Source: Epiperipatus broadwayi (taxonomy: Eukaryota > Animalia > Onychophora). From it: DNA of 64,000 bases. Both the position numbers and the translations under genes were made by a program. Below are positions 53,005 through 64,000 of the stretch, in pieces. The notes below the pieces were generated by a model. It had not been told where the DNA came from, made no database searches, and saw nothing but the letters and a program-made list of their open reading frames with translations. The stretch's first letter is position 1. Every line of letters starts with the position of its first letter. The stretch is taken from the NCBI GenBank assembly GCA_028023455.1, contig JAQFVV010000008.1:15314001-15378000 (forward strand), written 5' to 3'.

Positions 53005-55893
53005 AAATTCATCCTTTACAAGTATCTATTATAAGTACTAAATTTCAAGTTATTGGACACTAAAATTCTTAGTTTGGATCTTTAGGATTATATTATTGAG
53101 GCATGAAATTTTCTTAAGAGCATTATAGATTCAAAAAAGTCTATTTTTTTGGTCCACTAAAAAAAAAAAAAAGCATGATTGATGTACTGATAATAATCTT
53201 ATTATTAGTGATTTGATTAAAATAAAACATAAAGCAATTTCTACTTGGCAGAATAATAAATTTAATGTGAAACTTCATAATAAAGGCAGAACATCAATGG
53301 CCAACAAGCAAACTTAAAGATGATTAATGAATTAAAACTGCAAAGAAGATAAACATTTTCACTGATCACGATCACTCTAAACCTTTTTTTGATGCATTGA
53401 AAGCAATACATGAACCTGAGATATGGTATCACAATCCTATTAAATCAAGCAATGGCATTCTTATATTACAACAATATTATGATCAGGGGAATGAATATTT
53501 TAATAATCTTTTGATAATCAAGAATTGATGACTTTTAATGATATATCCATTTTATCTATTCACTTAGGTTTGGACAAAGAGATAACCAACTTAATGATGT
53601 CAAAATAGCTCTTTGCAATCTTAACGTATAGAAAAGCTTCAATTTTTGATGAATTATCTGGAGAAATTTTAAAATATAGTGATGATATGTTAGCTTTAAA
53701 TATATTGGAATTTTTTTTAGAAATAATGAATTCATGAAGTTCTACTTCCTTATCTTAAGGATGCATCTATTTTTCCAATTTTTAAAAATAATGGGAAGAT
53801 TAAAATAAGTATTACAGAATATCACTATTATCCATTATAGCAAAGATACTTTCAAGAATTTTTTTTAATAAGTTGCTTCCAGTCAAAGATGAATGGCTGA
53901 AATAGACTTGGTTTGATTTTAAGAGAATCAAGAAAAAGTAAAGACATGACTTTTATTGCCAGATAGATGCAAGAAAAGTATCAGGAACAAAAGAGTGATT
54001 TATATATTGTTTTTATTGATTTGGTCGAAGCATCTGACTCAATTTATTGAACAGCTCTATGACATTTCTGAAATTAGTTGATTGCCCACCAAAATTTATT
54101 TGTATCATATTGCCTCATGATGGAATGAGAGGAAATGGTATTACTGTACTTGGAAAATCTAGGGCATTTTAAATGAAATGTGATAAACAAGGATGTACAA
54201 ATGATCAATATTGTTTTCAATTTTTATGACAGTAGTCTTTGGAATTGTTAGCAGTTGGCTTAATGATAAGTAATCAAAATGCAATACAAGTTATGGTGAA
54301 ATTTTTAATCATCCAAACATCATTTCATTTTTTTGAATTATGGATTTACAGTATGCTGATAAATGTGCTATTTTTGACAGTTCAAAACATAATGTTTAAA
54401 TTTTGAATGCAATATATAAAAACTTTGGTTTAATCATTAATGTTCAAGTTGGTTGGTAATCAAATTGAGAATGTAAACCAATTTAAATAACAGTTTTATA
54501 AATAGAATGATAGTTTGAGATGCTGAAATGCAACACAGACTCTAACATATTGCTGCTTTTAACAAGTTAAAAGAAAAAGTATTCATCACCGGAAATAACT
54601 ATTGCAATTAAATTAGCTGTATTTAGAATTATTTTACCTAATTTATTGTATGAAAATGAGACTTGGATAAACTATCAATAGTTCCAGTGAAAGGTGTTCC
54701 ATAAAATATTAAAAATACAATGGTCAGATCACAAAACAATCAATGTTTTTCAATTTACTAGATGTAATACTATAGTTGAATATTGTAAAATCCCATCTTT
54801 GTTGAATTGGACAAGTAAAAGAAAGCTTTCTACAAGGATATTTTATGGTGAACTTGGGTATAGTTTTGTTTCCATTGGAAAGATATGGAAGGTAATAGAA
54901 TATGTTGGAGACCAACAAATACATATGATATTGAAATATTTCAGAAAGTTTTCTACTAAAGAAAAAGACAGCATCATAAAATACAAAACAGAAAAGTGGG
55001 CCAGTATGTCCCACATGTGGATATATTTATGATTCACTGATTGGTTTGCATACCCACTGCAAAACGCATCTCTTGAGTATTTTCTTTTTTATTCGTGGAA
55101 TTTGGAATGGCCATTTTCATTTTAAAATATTTGCTGCTATTGATATTTTAATAACCAATTTGTTTTTGTTTTTGTAGTTAAATAAAAGGGTTGCATTTGA
55201 TAAGTTTCCAAACACCAAAATATATTAAATTTCATGAACCAAAAAGGAGAAAGAAATTAATTTATCATATATTTTTAAAATAAAGAATTTATTTTTGGTG
55301 GTGATTTATTTCTAAGCAAAATAAATTGGCAGATAACTTTCTTTTTGTATTATTGTATTTTAATAAAACAATTTGATGAATTATCTTTCTTTAATTAGAG
55401 AACAGCTTGTAATCTGCATGCATACATCAATATTTCCCTCCTTCGAACTTAAAACCTCTTTTGAATTCAATGTATTTGAAAGTTGTTAGATCTGACACTT
55501 GCTTGACCTGTATGAGTCTCTCAAAAAAAATTCTTTTTTATTTTTATATTTAATTGTAGCCTATATATAAATTGCTAATATAAATATTTTTTAAAAATAA
55601 ATCTGGTCATTTTTTTTGTTATTTATTTTAATATTTTAAAGTTTAGAAATAGTGCTAAAATTTGCTATCAATTAAATACCATTTATTTCAAATAAATACT
55701 ATGCACTTTTCTCTTTCACAATTTCTGTTTTATCCTGCTTCTTTCTTCCCTTTAGTCTGTCAAGTGATTTATTATTAAATATATACATTTCAAAACTAAG
55801 GTATATTATTCATTATTTTGTTTTTCAATTCATTTTTTCTTCTATATTATATAACACTACAAAAAAAAATAATTAAATACTGTAAAAATTTAC

Positions 55894-56067
55894 CTGCTTC
55901 ATAATCATATAAAGCACGAGCACTAACCACTGAACTATTTAGATCTAAACCCAATGCTTCTATTTCCTCAGTATTACAGTAAGTTTCAGCCTGCACTTGC
56001 TCTAACTGCTGTTCTAACATAGTCTGTAGAGGATCTTTAACTGATGGGCCATCTTCTAATGGAGGAG
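55894..56067 (-). CDS. DBNL: Drebrin-like protein exon (linker + SH3 start)
   Basis: Phase 1-1 exon with ttttag acceptor and G|gtaaat donor: (S)PPLEDGPSVKDPLQTMLEQQLEQVQAETYCNTEEIEALGLDLNSSVVSARALYDYEA. Confidence 0.9.
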
Positions 56068-56154
56068 CTAAAACAGATATATATTTTTTAAAATATTGAT
56101 GATAATTTAAAATAGACATTAATTTTAAAACAAAATAAAAATTCATTTTCTTAC

Positions 56155-56515
56155 ATTCCCAATCTTGTTCTTCTTCCTCTTCATCAGAAGGCTGTCTTTG
56201 AGGCAAGCCTTCTTTAAGTAAATTGCGAGCATGGGGTAATGTTTGTGTTACTGGTCGTACAATAGGTTCAGATGGTGGTTGCTCAATTACAGGACTTCTC
56301 TTTTGAGACAATGATAATACAGGATGCACTGGCTCAGAAAGTTTTCTAACAGGCTCAACAGGTAAAGGCTCATCAACCGATTTAGAAGTGAAATCGCGAA
56401 TAATTTTTGCTGGAGGTTTTCTTAATGGGTTGCTTGGTGTTGACTGGATTGCAGCCTGCTGCTCAAAAAAAGCTTTAGCACTGGAAGCTTTGTGAGCTGC
56501 TAAATCATGAGCTTC
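56155..56515 (-). CDS. DBNL: Drebrin-like protein exon (Pro-rich/acidic linker)
   Basis: 361-nt open exon (phase 0 to 1) with ttgttag acceptor and T|gtaaga donor: EAHDLAAHKASSAKAFFEQQ...PPAK...QPSDEEEEEQDWE. Confidence 0.85.
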
Positions 56516-56989
56516 CTAACAATAAATATAAAAAAAGAAAAACATCTTAAGATTAATATTTACTATTTTAAAAAAGCTAATTTTATGTAATATAAAATAT
56601 TATATTATTAGATTAGTACTACTTAAAGCTAAACATTTTTCTAATAATCTATTCCAGGATTTAGCTGAATGGCAGTTTATCATACAATTGATCATGTAAG
56701 TAAGGTTATGTCTTATACTTTGGCCTTATAATTATTATTTTGATAACGATTTCTATATCTGTTTTACAATCATAATAAATGGAGGAAATAATTTTGTAAA
56801 AAGCTCAAAGCTATATACAAATATAAATGTATTTTAGCCATTATATAAGTTATATATATATGTAAAATAAATAAAATGTCCGTTAATTAAAAACAAAATT
56901 GTAATTATAATTGAAATAATAAATTTAACGGTTTACAAACTATTAAAAACAATCCTTAAATCTGCAGAAGTACTTTTGGTTAATTTCTT

Positions 56990-58400
56990 AAACCTGCCTC
57001 AACTGCCATTAAATTTAAAAACAAAAGCGGAAGCAAACGTCATCAATTCAAATTCTATGAATCTCGTATTTTAATGTTAGCAGCTTGTCGATTTATTAAA
57101 TGCATTTTATTCCTTTTTATAAAAATTGTCTCTTTAATTTTTCTTTTACTATGGTTTCTCTCTTCATGAAGAATTTTCACATTTTCAAAATCAAATTTAA
57201 ATTTATATTTACATGTTTTTTCGTGATCAAAGAAAACTGAAGGAGATATTAAATCACCATTATTTTTACTTTTTACACGCTTATATAACAATTCATACTC
57301 CTTCAATCTTTTCTCAAACTGCACCTAGATTCACCTATATATGACAGCATACAATCACAAAAAATTTGATATATGACATGTATGACATCCTTAGAATTAT
57401 TGACTAATTTATTAATATTGTTTGGAATGTAGAATGAAACATTAAACACATTCTTATATAAATCCTTAACAAATTTCACTTGTGGATTTGAAATAAATGG
57501 AATAGATATCCATTGTTTACTATTAATCTTCATTTCCTTTATTATAACTTTTTTTAAATTGACATAAAGTATTGTTTATTTGTTCCATTTTATAACCAAC
57601 ATCAAGCAATTCCTTGGCAAATATTTCAATATTTTGCAGTTTATCACTTTGGTAATGACATAATTTTTCATTCCGAAACAAAAAAGATCTAAAACTTGCG
57701 ATCTTATGCATCATTCGTACTTTTGATTTACAATTTATATATCCTCTTTTTTGCAGTGGCTTAATTATTAGTTTATAATTTAATATACTGTTATCATTAA
57801 ATCTAAATATTTAATATTATTGTGCTGTTCCTTTTCAATAGTCTATTTCAAGCCATTCAACTTATTTAATTCCTCCACAAGCAAATTTATATTATTAGTA
57901 TTTCCACAAACAAAAACATCATCCACATATCTTTTGTAAATTTTAATATCTCCAAAAGTACACATATTTAAAATACTACTCTCATATGTAAATAAAATGA
58001 AATTGCAAACTTGTGCAATTACAGGCAAACCTTTAGACATTTTATAATATTGACCTTCAAAAGATGCAACAATATATATATATACAATTATGTAATTAAT
58101 ACATTATATACAGAGCAATATTTTATATTATTAAACAGAGCATTTAAGCATGCTTTATTAGTTCATTATTTAAATAAGATACAAGATCTTACATAATAAC
58201 CACATTATGAATTATGAACTAACATAATATATAAGGCTTTAGGAACTAAAAAGTCCACATACAATTATATTAATAAATTTCATCTTTTTATAAACCCTGT
58301 CATTAATATACACACTGAATTCTCAATCCATCATTTTTCAAGGGATTGGAGAAAATAGGTACTAGATATGTAAAAAAAAATAGACTGCACATTTATTAAA
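56990..58400 (-). mobile_element. Decayed Penelope-like element (RT + GIY-YIG) in a DBNL intron
   Basis: SFEGQYYKMSKGLP, IKIYKRYVDDVFV (RT catalytic), ISIPFISN, IYQIFCDCMLSYIGES (GIY-YIG), KRLKEY, ENVKILHEERNHSKRKIKETIFI. Confidence 0.85.
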
Positions 58401-58554
58401 AAGTGTAAATAAGAAGCAATTTAATGATTTTCACTGAAATATGATACAAATAAAATATAACTTAACCATTAACTTAAACTACAACTCAGATATTATATTT
58501 CACACCATTTGACACATTATTTTCAAAAACATATTATCCTCATAGAAAAAAATT

Positions 58555-58745
58555 AAGAGATTAAAATGGAGCTGGGCATAAATAGACAATTGAAAACTTA
58601 AACTGAATTCCAAGAGATTGTAAAATCCCTAGAAAGAAATCATGTGAGATAGATAAGTTTGTTGGCATGATATGAAGATTGTGGATCTGAGAAACTGAAT
58701 TAAACTTGAAGAGACTTTCATCCTGCAATAAAAAAAATAATGATG
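58555..58745 (+). mobile_element. RTE 3'-end fragment
   Basis: RLKWSWA...EETFILQ*; nucleotide homology to the 3' end of the 21.9 kb RTE (gagaaact..attaaactt.gaagact). Confidence 0.55.
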
Positions 58746-61278
58746 ATGTATATATGACTTCATATGTAAGATATTGATATAAAGATCCCTGGCACAAACA
58801 CAATAAAAAAGTTAATTAGCATATGCGTATATGCATATATACCTGTAAAAGGCCATACTTATGATTAACTACAAATGTTTTAGAATACATAAATGATGCA
58901 ATGAATTGATTAAAAAGTCCAACAAATCAATGATTTAAGCAACATGTAGATTAGCACAACACTAGTATATATATATATATAAATGCGCTAAAACAGACCC
59001 TAACATAAAGTTGGTATTTTTAGAGCATGACTCGGGCCCCAATTTCAATCAGCTTGCCATTAAAGTAGTTTCCGCTAAGCATAATGAACAAAAGAGAACT
59101 ACAAAGATGATTGGTTTATCGCAATAAATAAAAGAGATTCATGTGTTGTATTTTCACGTGTTTTATGTAAATTTACAAACGTGCATATTAATTAATCCAA
59201 AAGTTCATTCTCCTACTTACCTATCTTTGTCCATGAATATGATCAGCCTGTTTGAAAAAAGTGCTAAGCTGTAAAATAGTTATAATTGTTTAATCTTTCC
59301 TGTACAGTGGGTATTTCAAACAGATAAGGAAAGAAATAAAACCTATTGAGTTACAAAATGTATTTTATTTTGTAGTATATTTAAAAAAGAAAAAAACCAA
59401 CTGTAAATAGAGAATTTTGATTAAAGTATTTTATAATAGCCTTACTATTTGAGAATTAAAAAATATCTTTAAACAAGTTACTTAATTGAAGTTCAACTTG
59501 CTTTTTTTCTCTTTATAATAAAAGCTAAAAGGTAGACATTAAAGAGTAAATCTACTGTGCGCAGATTATATCAAAAAATAATTATTTATTAAGAAAAAAA
59601 TAATTAAAATTGCCTAATAGATTATTTTCTTGAACACAATTCACTGAAGCATGGATTGCTTAATTATATTCCATAAAGTTTAAGGGAGGTGAGTGATTGG
59701 CATTCTGTTTTTTCTTGTTTGTACCCTTTACAAGAGAAATAATATTCCAATGGAAATCTTGAAGTCAAGTTCAATAAGAATTATTGAAGTTCAATCTCAG
59801 TTTTCATGCCAGTTAAAATGATGAAGATTAAAATTACATTTACAAAGACTGTTCAAATCAAATATGGTTGGGTAAAAAAATCATAAACCATCAATACTAC
59901 TTTTAGCTATTTCATGCCTAGTTACAATAGTGAAATCGGTTATTGTTTAAAATGTATAATACTATAAACAGATATGAATGGCCACTCATAAGAAGGTAAT
60001 AAGTAATGGTTGTAAATTCAGACATCAATCAAAGATCTAACAGAAATTATAGTTAACTGCCATAGAACAATTATGCACGTGCAGAATAAATATTTAAATA
60101 ATTTCAGCATTTTAAGTTTTTCAAGATAAAAATAATTGATGCACTGTCAGTTTCTACTAAAGAACAGAGTTATTTATCAATTAAAAATGGATAGAAAATT
60201 ATAAAAAAATTTCTATTGTATCAAAGGACTTTACCCTGGTGTAAGCTGAGAAGAAAAAATCAACCCAGTAAAATATAATAAAGAAAAAAAAAACTGAGCC
60301 AAGGGTTTTAATAATGAAAGGTAATAAAGTTTAGTTTATTATTTATAATTAAAAAACAAAAACATATTTTTTAACCCAGATTAGCAATCCAGAAGTAAAA
60401 ATATTTAAAATTTGTTTGTTTAAAGATTTTAAACTTGGAATATAACTAATAGTTGGGATTCTGTTAAAGTAAAAATGAAGACTTTAAATGAATTGTAGAA
60501 TCCACATTTGTTGATAAAAATCTGGATAAATTAGTACATAAATAATAACATATTATTTAAAAATTATCACACATGCACATATATATATATATTGTAAATC
60601 TATGAAAAAATTACCCTTATTGATTTAATACAATTAATACTATATACATAAATAAGAAACTGTAATTTACTTTAATAGAGAAGCAATATATATACTTTCT
60701 CGAAATATTATTATTATATCTATAATATCTGGATAAATACTTTATATAGCATTTGTAATAGACCTAATGAATACCCAATATTGTTATATTGTTTTTGACC
60801 GATAGTGGACATTATAACTGAATGATGTCATCATCTATTTATTATATTTGATTTTGGTGAAATCAGAATCTATCAATTAATCCATTGCAATCTAAGAATA
60901 ATATAGTAATTTATTCATAATCATTAGTAGTTTAATCATGAATTAATAATTTATCAATCTTAATTTTACTATCAATAAAATGTAATTTAATTATTAAATT
61001 ACTCAGTTATTTGTCTATAATCTCATTATAAATATATGCCCGCAACCTTATGCATATCAAAGTAAATTTCCTTGTACGCTTTGCTAAGCATCTGGAAATG
61101 ATAATGGTATATATATTTGTATGCATATGGATTCTGTGCAATTTTATTTTGAAATTATGTGGATTGCAATTAACTATTATTGACATAATAATGCTAAAAG
61201 TCATCTAACATTGTCATGCAAAGAATGATCACCCTCATTATGGTGATCATCACTAGATTCCAGTTTCACACTTTGACA

Positions 61279-64000
61279 CAAGAGTTCTCAAAATCGTCGA
61301 TATCAACACCTGGGGTTGATAGCTTCAATAAAAAATTTGGGGGTCAACAGCAAAAATAGACTCCCTTATTACTGCTATTTGTTTCTTATTTCAAAATATC
61401 TATGATTCTAATAGATATCTAATTAAGAAGCAAAATAATTTTTAAAAAAAACTTTTTTGATAAAAACACATTACATACCAAACTTGAAAACAAAAAGATA
61501 AAATGTGTCATTAAAAGAGTCACATGTAAGAATGCATGAAAATACATGTAGCACAAACATATCTGTGCATTGTCTTATTGAGTGTATCAAAGCAAGTGCA
61601 GATATGCAAAACCATTTCATATCCATACTTGCTCGCAATGGGACGAGATGATATTAGCAGAATCTATCAACTTTGTACAGTCATGCTTTTATAAAACACT
61701 ATAAATTGGTTTGTTTGATGTGACATGTACTTATTTGTGATTTGAACTTTGAATATAATTATTTATTGAGGAGCAATACTACGAAAAAGAAAATCAGAGG
61801 ATACAGTTTATTTATTTGAGTTTGAACAAAAATCTTCTGTTCCAAGTATCACAGAGGCTATCGAAATTGTTTGTTAACAAAAATGTTTTTATTTCTTACA
61901 ATATAATATGACTAAACCAAAAAAAAAATTCAGACAGTACAGCTTGGACTATTTGAAGCTAGGATTTGTCCCGTCATTATCAAACAAACATTTACCAATG
62001 TGCCTCATATGCAAAAAATCTTTAGCAACATTGCTATGAAACCATCAAAACTAGCAGATCACTTGAATAGAATTCATGCTGACAAAAAAGAAAAAGATTT
62101 GTCATACTTTCAATCACTTGAAGATAAAATTCTGAAAAGAACTACGAGAGATAATGTTTGTTTCATCATCGAAGCAAAATGATGATGGATTAAAGGCATT
62201 GTACAACATATCTCTATTCGTCAAAAAGTCTGGCAAGCCACACACCATAAGGAAAAAAACGATTCTACCGGCCATAGTGGAGATATTGAACACTACACTC
62301 TATAAACCTGCACAAGATATTATAAAAAGAATTCCTTTGAGCAATAACACAGTTCAAAGATGTATCGACTAAATGAGCCATGATGTAGAAAGCTGTTTGT
62401 GCAATCATTTGCAAAAAACGTTTCCCCCCTCCAATTGGATGAGTCAACATTACCCAGTAATGAAGCTTTGTTGCTGGCGTATGTTCGCTTTATTCAGCAT
62501 CAGAAAGTTCATGAAGAACTGCTTTTTACTAGATTAGAAACTGATATCAGAGGCAAGATTTTTAATTTAATGGAGCTACTTTTCAGGGAAAAAACAATTC
62601 CATTGATAAATATAATACCTGGTACGACAATTGGAGCACAAGCTATGGTTGGTCATTATCGTGGTTTCATACAGGCAACATTTAGTAGCCAAGAATCTTA
62701 GTCACAAATTGCAATTGCTTCAGTTTGTTATAACTGCTGTGAATAAAATTCAAAGTAATTGTTTGAACATTAGACTGTTCGCTTGATTATGTAAGGAAAG
62801 TGATGAAGATGTCTATCACTTGATTCTCCATACTGAAGTTCTCTGGCTTTCAAAAGGTTTATGTTTGGCAAGATTTTTTGCACTTTTTCAATCTGTTTTA
62901 GAGTTTTTGGAAGACAAGAATTCCAGTTTAGAAAAAAATTTACTTAAGAGTAAAATAGATATTGCTTATTTAACTGACTTATTTGGCAAATTTAATGATG
63001 TTAATTTACAACAACAAGAAGATAATTTGAATCTCATCAATGCAAAATTGGTCATATCGGCTTTTGTTGCCAGATTAATGTTTCTTAAGAAAAATACTGC
63101 AAGATCTGAGCTTTCACAGATCCTCAACATATTTAAGATAGGTATAATCCAAGAAAAAAACATCTTGAGTTTACTTCAACCATTTGATGGTTCTTTACTT
63201 AGATTTCAAAACTAGGTTCAAAGATATTCTATCGCTGGAAATATCAGACTGGATAATAACCCCAAGTACTACTAGTGCAGAACCAAATATAATTTTACAA
63301 GATGAGCTGATAACTATCAGCACGAATAGGATCTCAAGATACAATTCAAACAGGGTTATCAAAAGTTTTAGCTGCAATATATTCCACTTTCTGTATCTAG
63401 CTCTTTGGACTGCTGTACAAAAGTACTTGCTGGCATTTCCATCATCATATATGGTAGAAAGATGCTTCAGTGTAGTTTTAAACCTGCTTCAGAACAGACA
63501 TCAATTGCATATCACTGAATGTGGAGATTTAAGAATGAAGTTCACTAATTTAAAATCGGATATAGATAAATTGTTGTCAGATCACCAAGTGCACCCATCT
63601 CATTAAATTCAGTTTTCCAAGCTAATTTATTTGGTATTCTTATTTTTATAATTCTGATTAAAATCTTTCACTATTATAATTCTGCTGATGTTTAATTCTG
63701 TCTGAATATGTTAATTTTTTCACTTCATTTTTATACTTAATAAAGTAATTTAAAAATTTGTACTTATTTTGAATTTACATATTTATTTCATAAATGTCAA
63801 AAATTAATAAAAATTCTGCTCGTATTTTTTTTGCTTTTTCATTAGTGCAGGTTTCAATATTAAATGTTGCACAAGATAAAGCCATATTCCTTAGTCCTTT
63901 TATATTTTTCAATCATTAATTGCAAGTGATTAAAATGAAAAGTTTGATATCTAATGTAATATTTAATATTGTGTATTGTACAAACTTATTAATTTGAGTA
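61279..64000 (+). mobile_element. hAT (Buster/Charlie-type) DNA transposon, right end outside the window
   Basis: Terminus-like CAAGAGTTCTCAAAAT followed by gggggtcaac-type subterminal motifs, then a transposase relic. Confidence 0.7.
61908..63606 (+). pseudogene. Buster-type hAT transposase pseudogene (ZBED5/ZBED8/SCAND3-like)
   Basis: MTKPKKKFRQYSLDYLKLGF..PMCLIC..MKPSKLADHLNRIH (BED), PLSNNTVQRCID, QLDEST..LLAYVRF, LHTEVLWLSKG, LAYLTDLF, FPSSYMVERCFS. Split over five ORFs; the second catalytic Asp (TDGA to TIGA) and the CxxH motif are lost. Confidence 0.9.

Larger units (their letters stand above)
51730..55070 (+). mobile_element. Near full-length decayed RTE-BovB-like LINE with a terminal C2H2 finger
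   Basis: EN: VGFAVKS, KYAPTLDS, LTITNTLF, LIDY. Linker FFDALKAIH. RT: ISLLSIIAKILSRI, FIDLVEASDS, QYADKCA. Tail ILKIQWSDHKT..FYGEL; CPTCGYIYDSLIGLHTHCKTH at ~55010-55070. Confidence 0.85.

Noticed and set aside
58561-58803. Minus-strand ORF after a good-looking acceptor, as a further DBNL exon
   Set aside because: No ADF-H or coiled-coil character, and it ends in a stop. The opposite strand is an RTE 3'-end fragment.

Overview
AT-rich (roughly three-quarters A+T by eye) eukaryotic, most likely invertebrate-animal, genomic DNA; the species cannot be assigned from the sequence. The only confident host gene is the 3' part of a minus-strand drebrin-like/Abp1 (DBNL) gene. It has three coding exons at 56515-56155, 56067-55894 and 44857-44721, encoding a Pro-rich/acidic linker and a complete C-terminal SH3; its upstream exons probably lie beyond the window. 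A CpG-enriched island at ~10.4-11.4 kb holds a perfect RFX X-box palindrome and a possible small short-intron gene. The rest is a transposon graveyard: decayed RTE and RTE-BovB LINEs, three Penelope-like (RT/GIY-YIG) relics, a Buster-type hAT pseudogene, two tRNA-derived SINE families, MITE-like hairpins, a ~2.5 kb foldback and a 1.7 kb pure (GATA)n array. The most striking signal is a dense set of minimal type I hammerhead ribozyme (HHR) motifs with palindromic stem III: two dispersed families, nine loci, with a complete core read at four of them (7.2, 23.8, 25.4 and 52.65 kb). They sit in retrozyme-like or Penelope pseudo-LTR-like arrangements, including a direct-repeat dimer with a 492-nt period and tRNA-like Pol III boxes. 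All calls were made by eye; boundaries of decayed elements are approximate.
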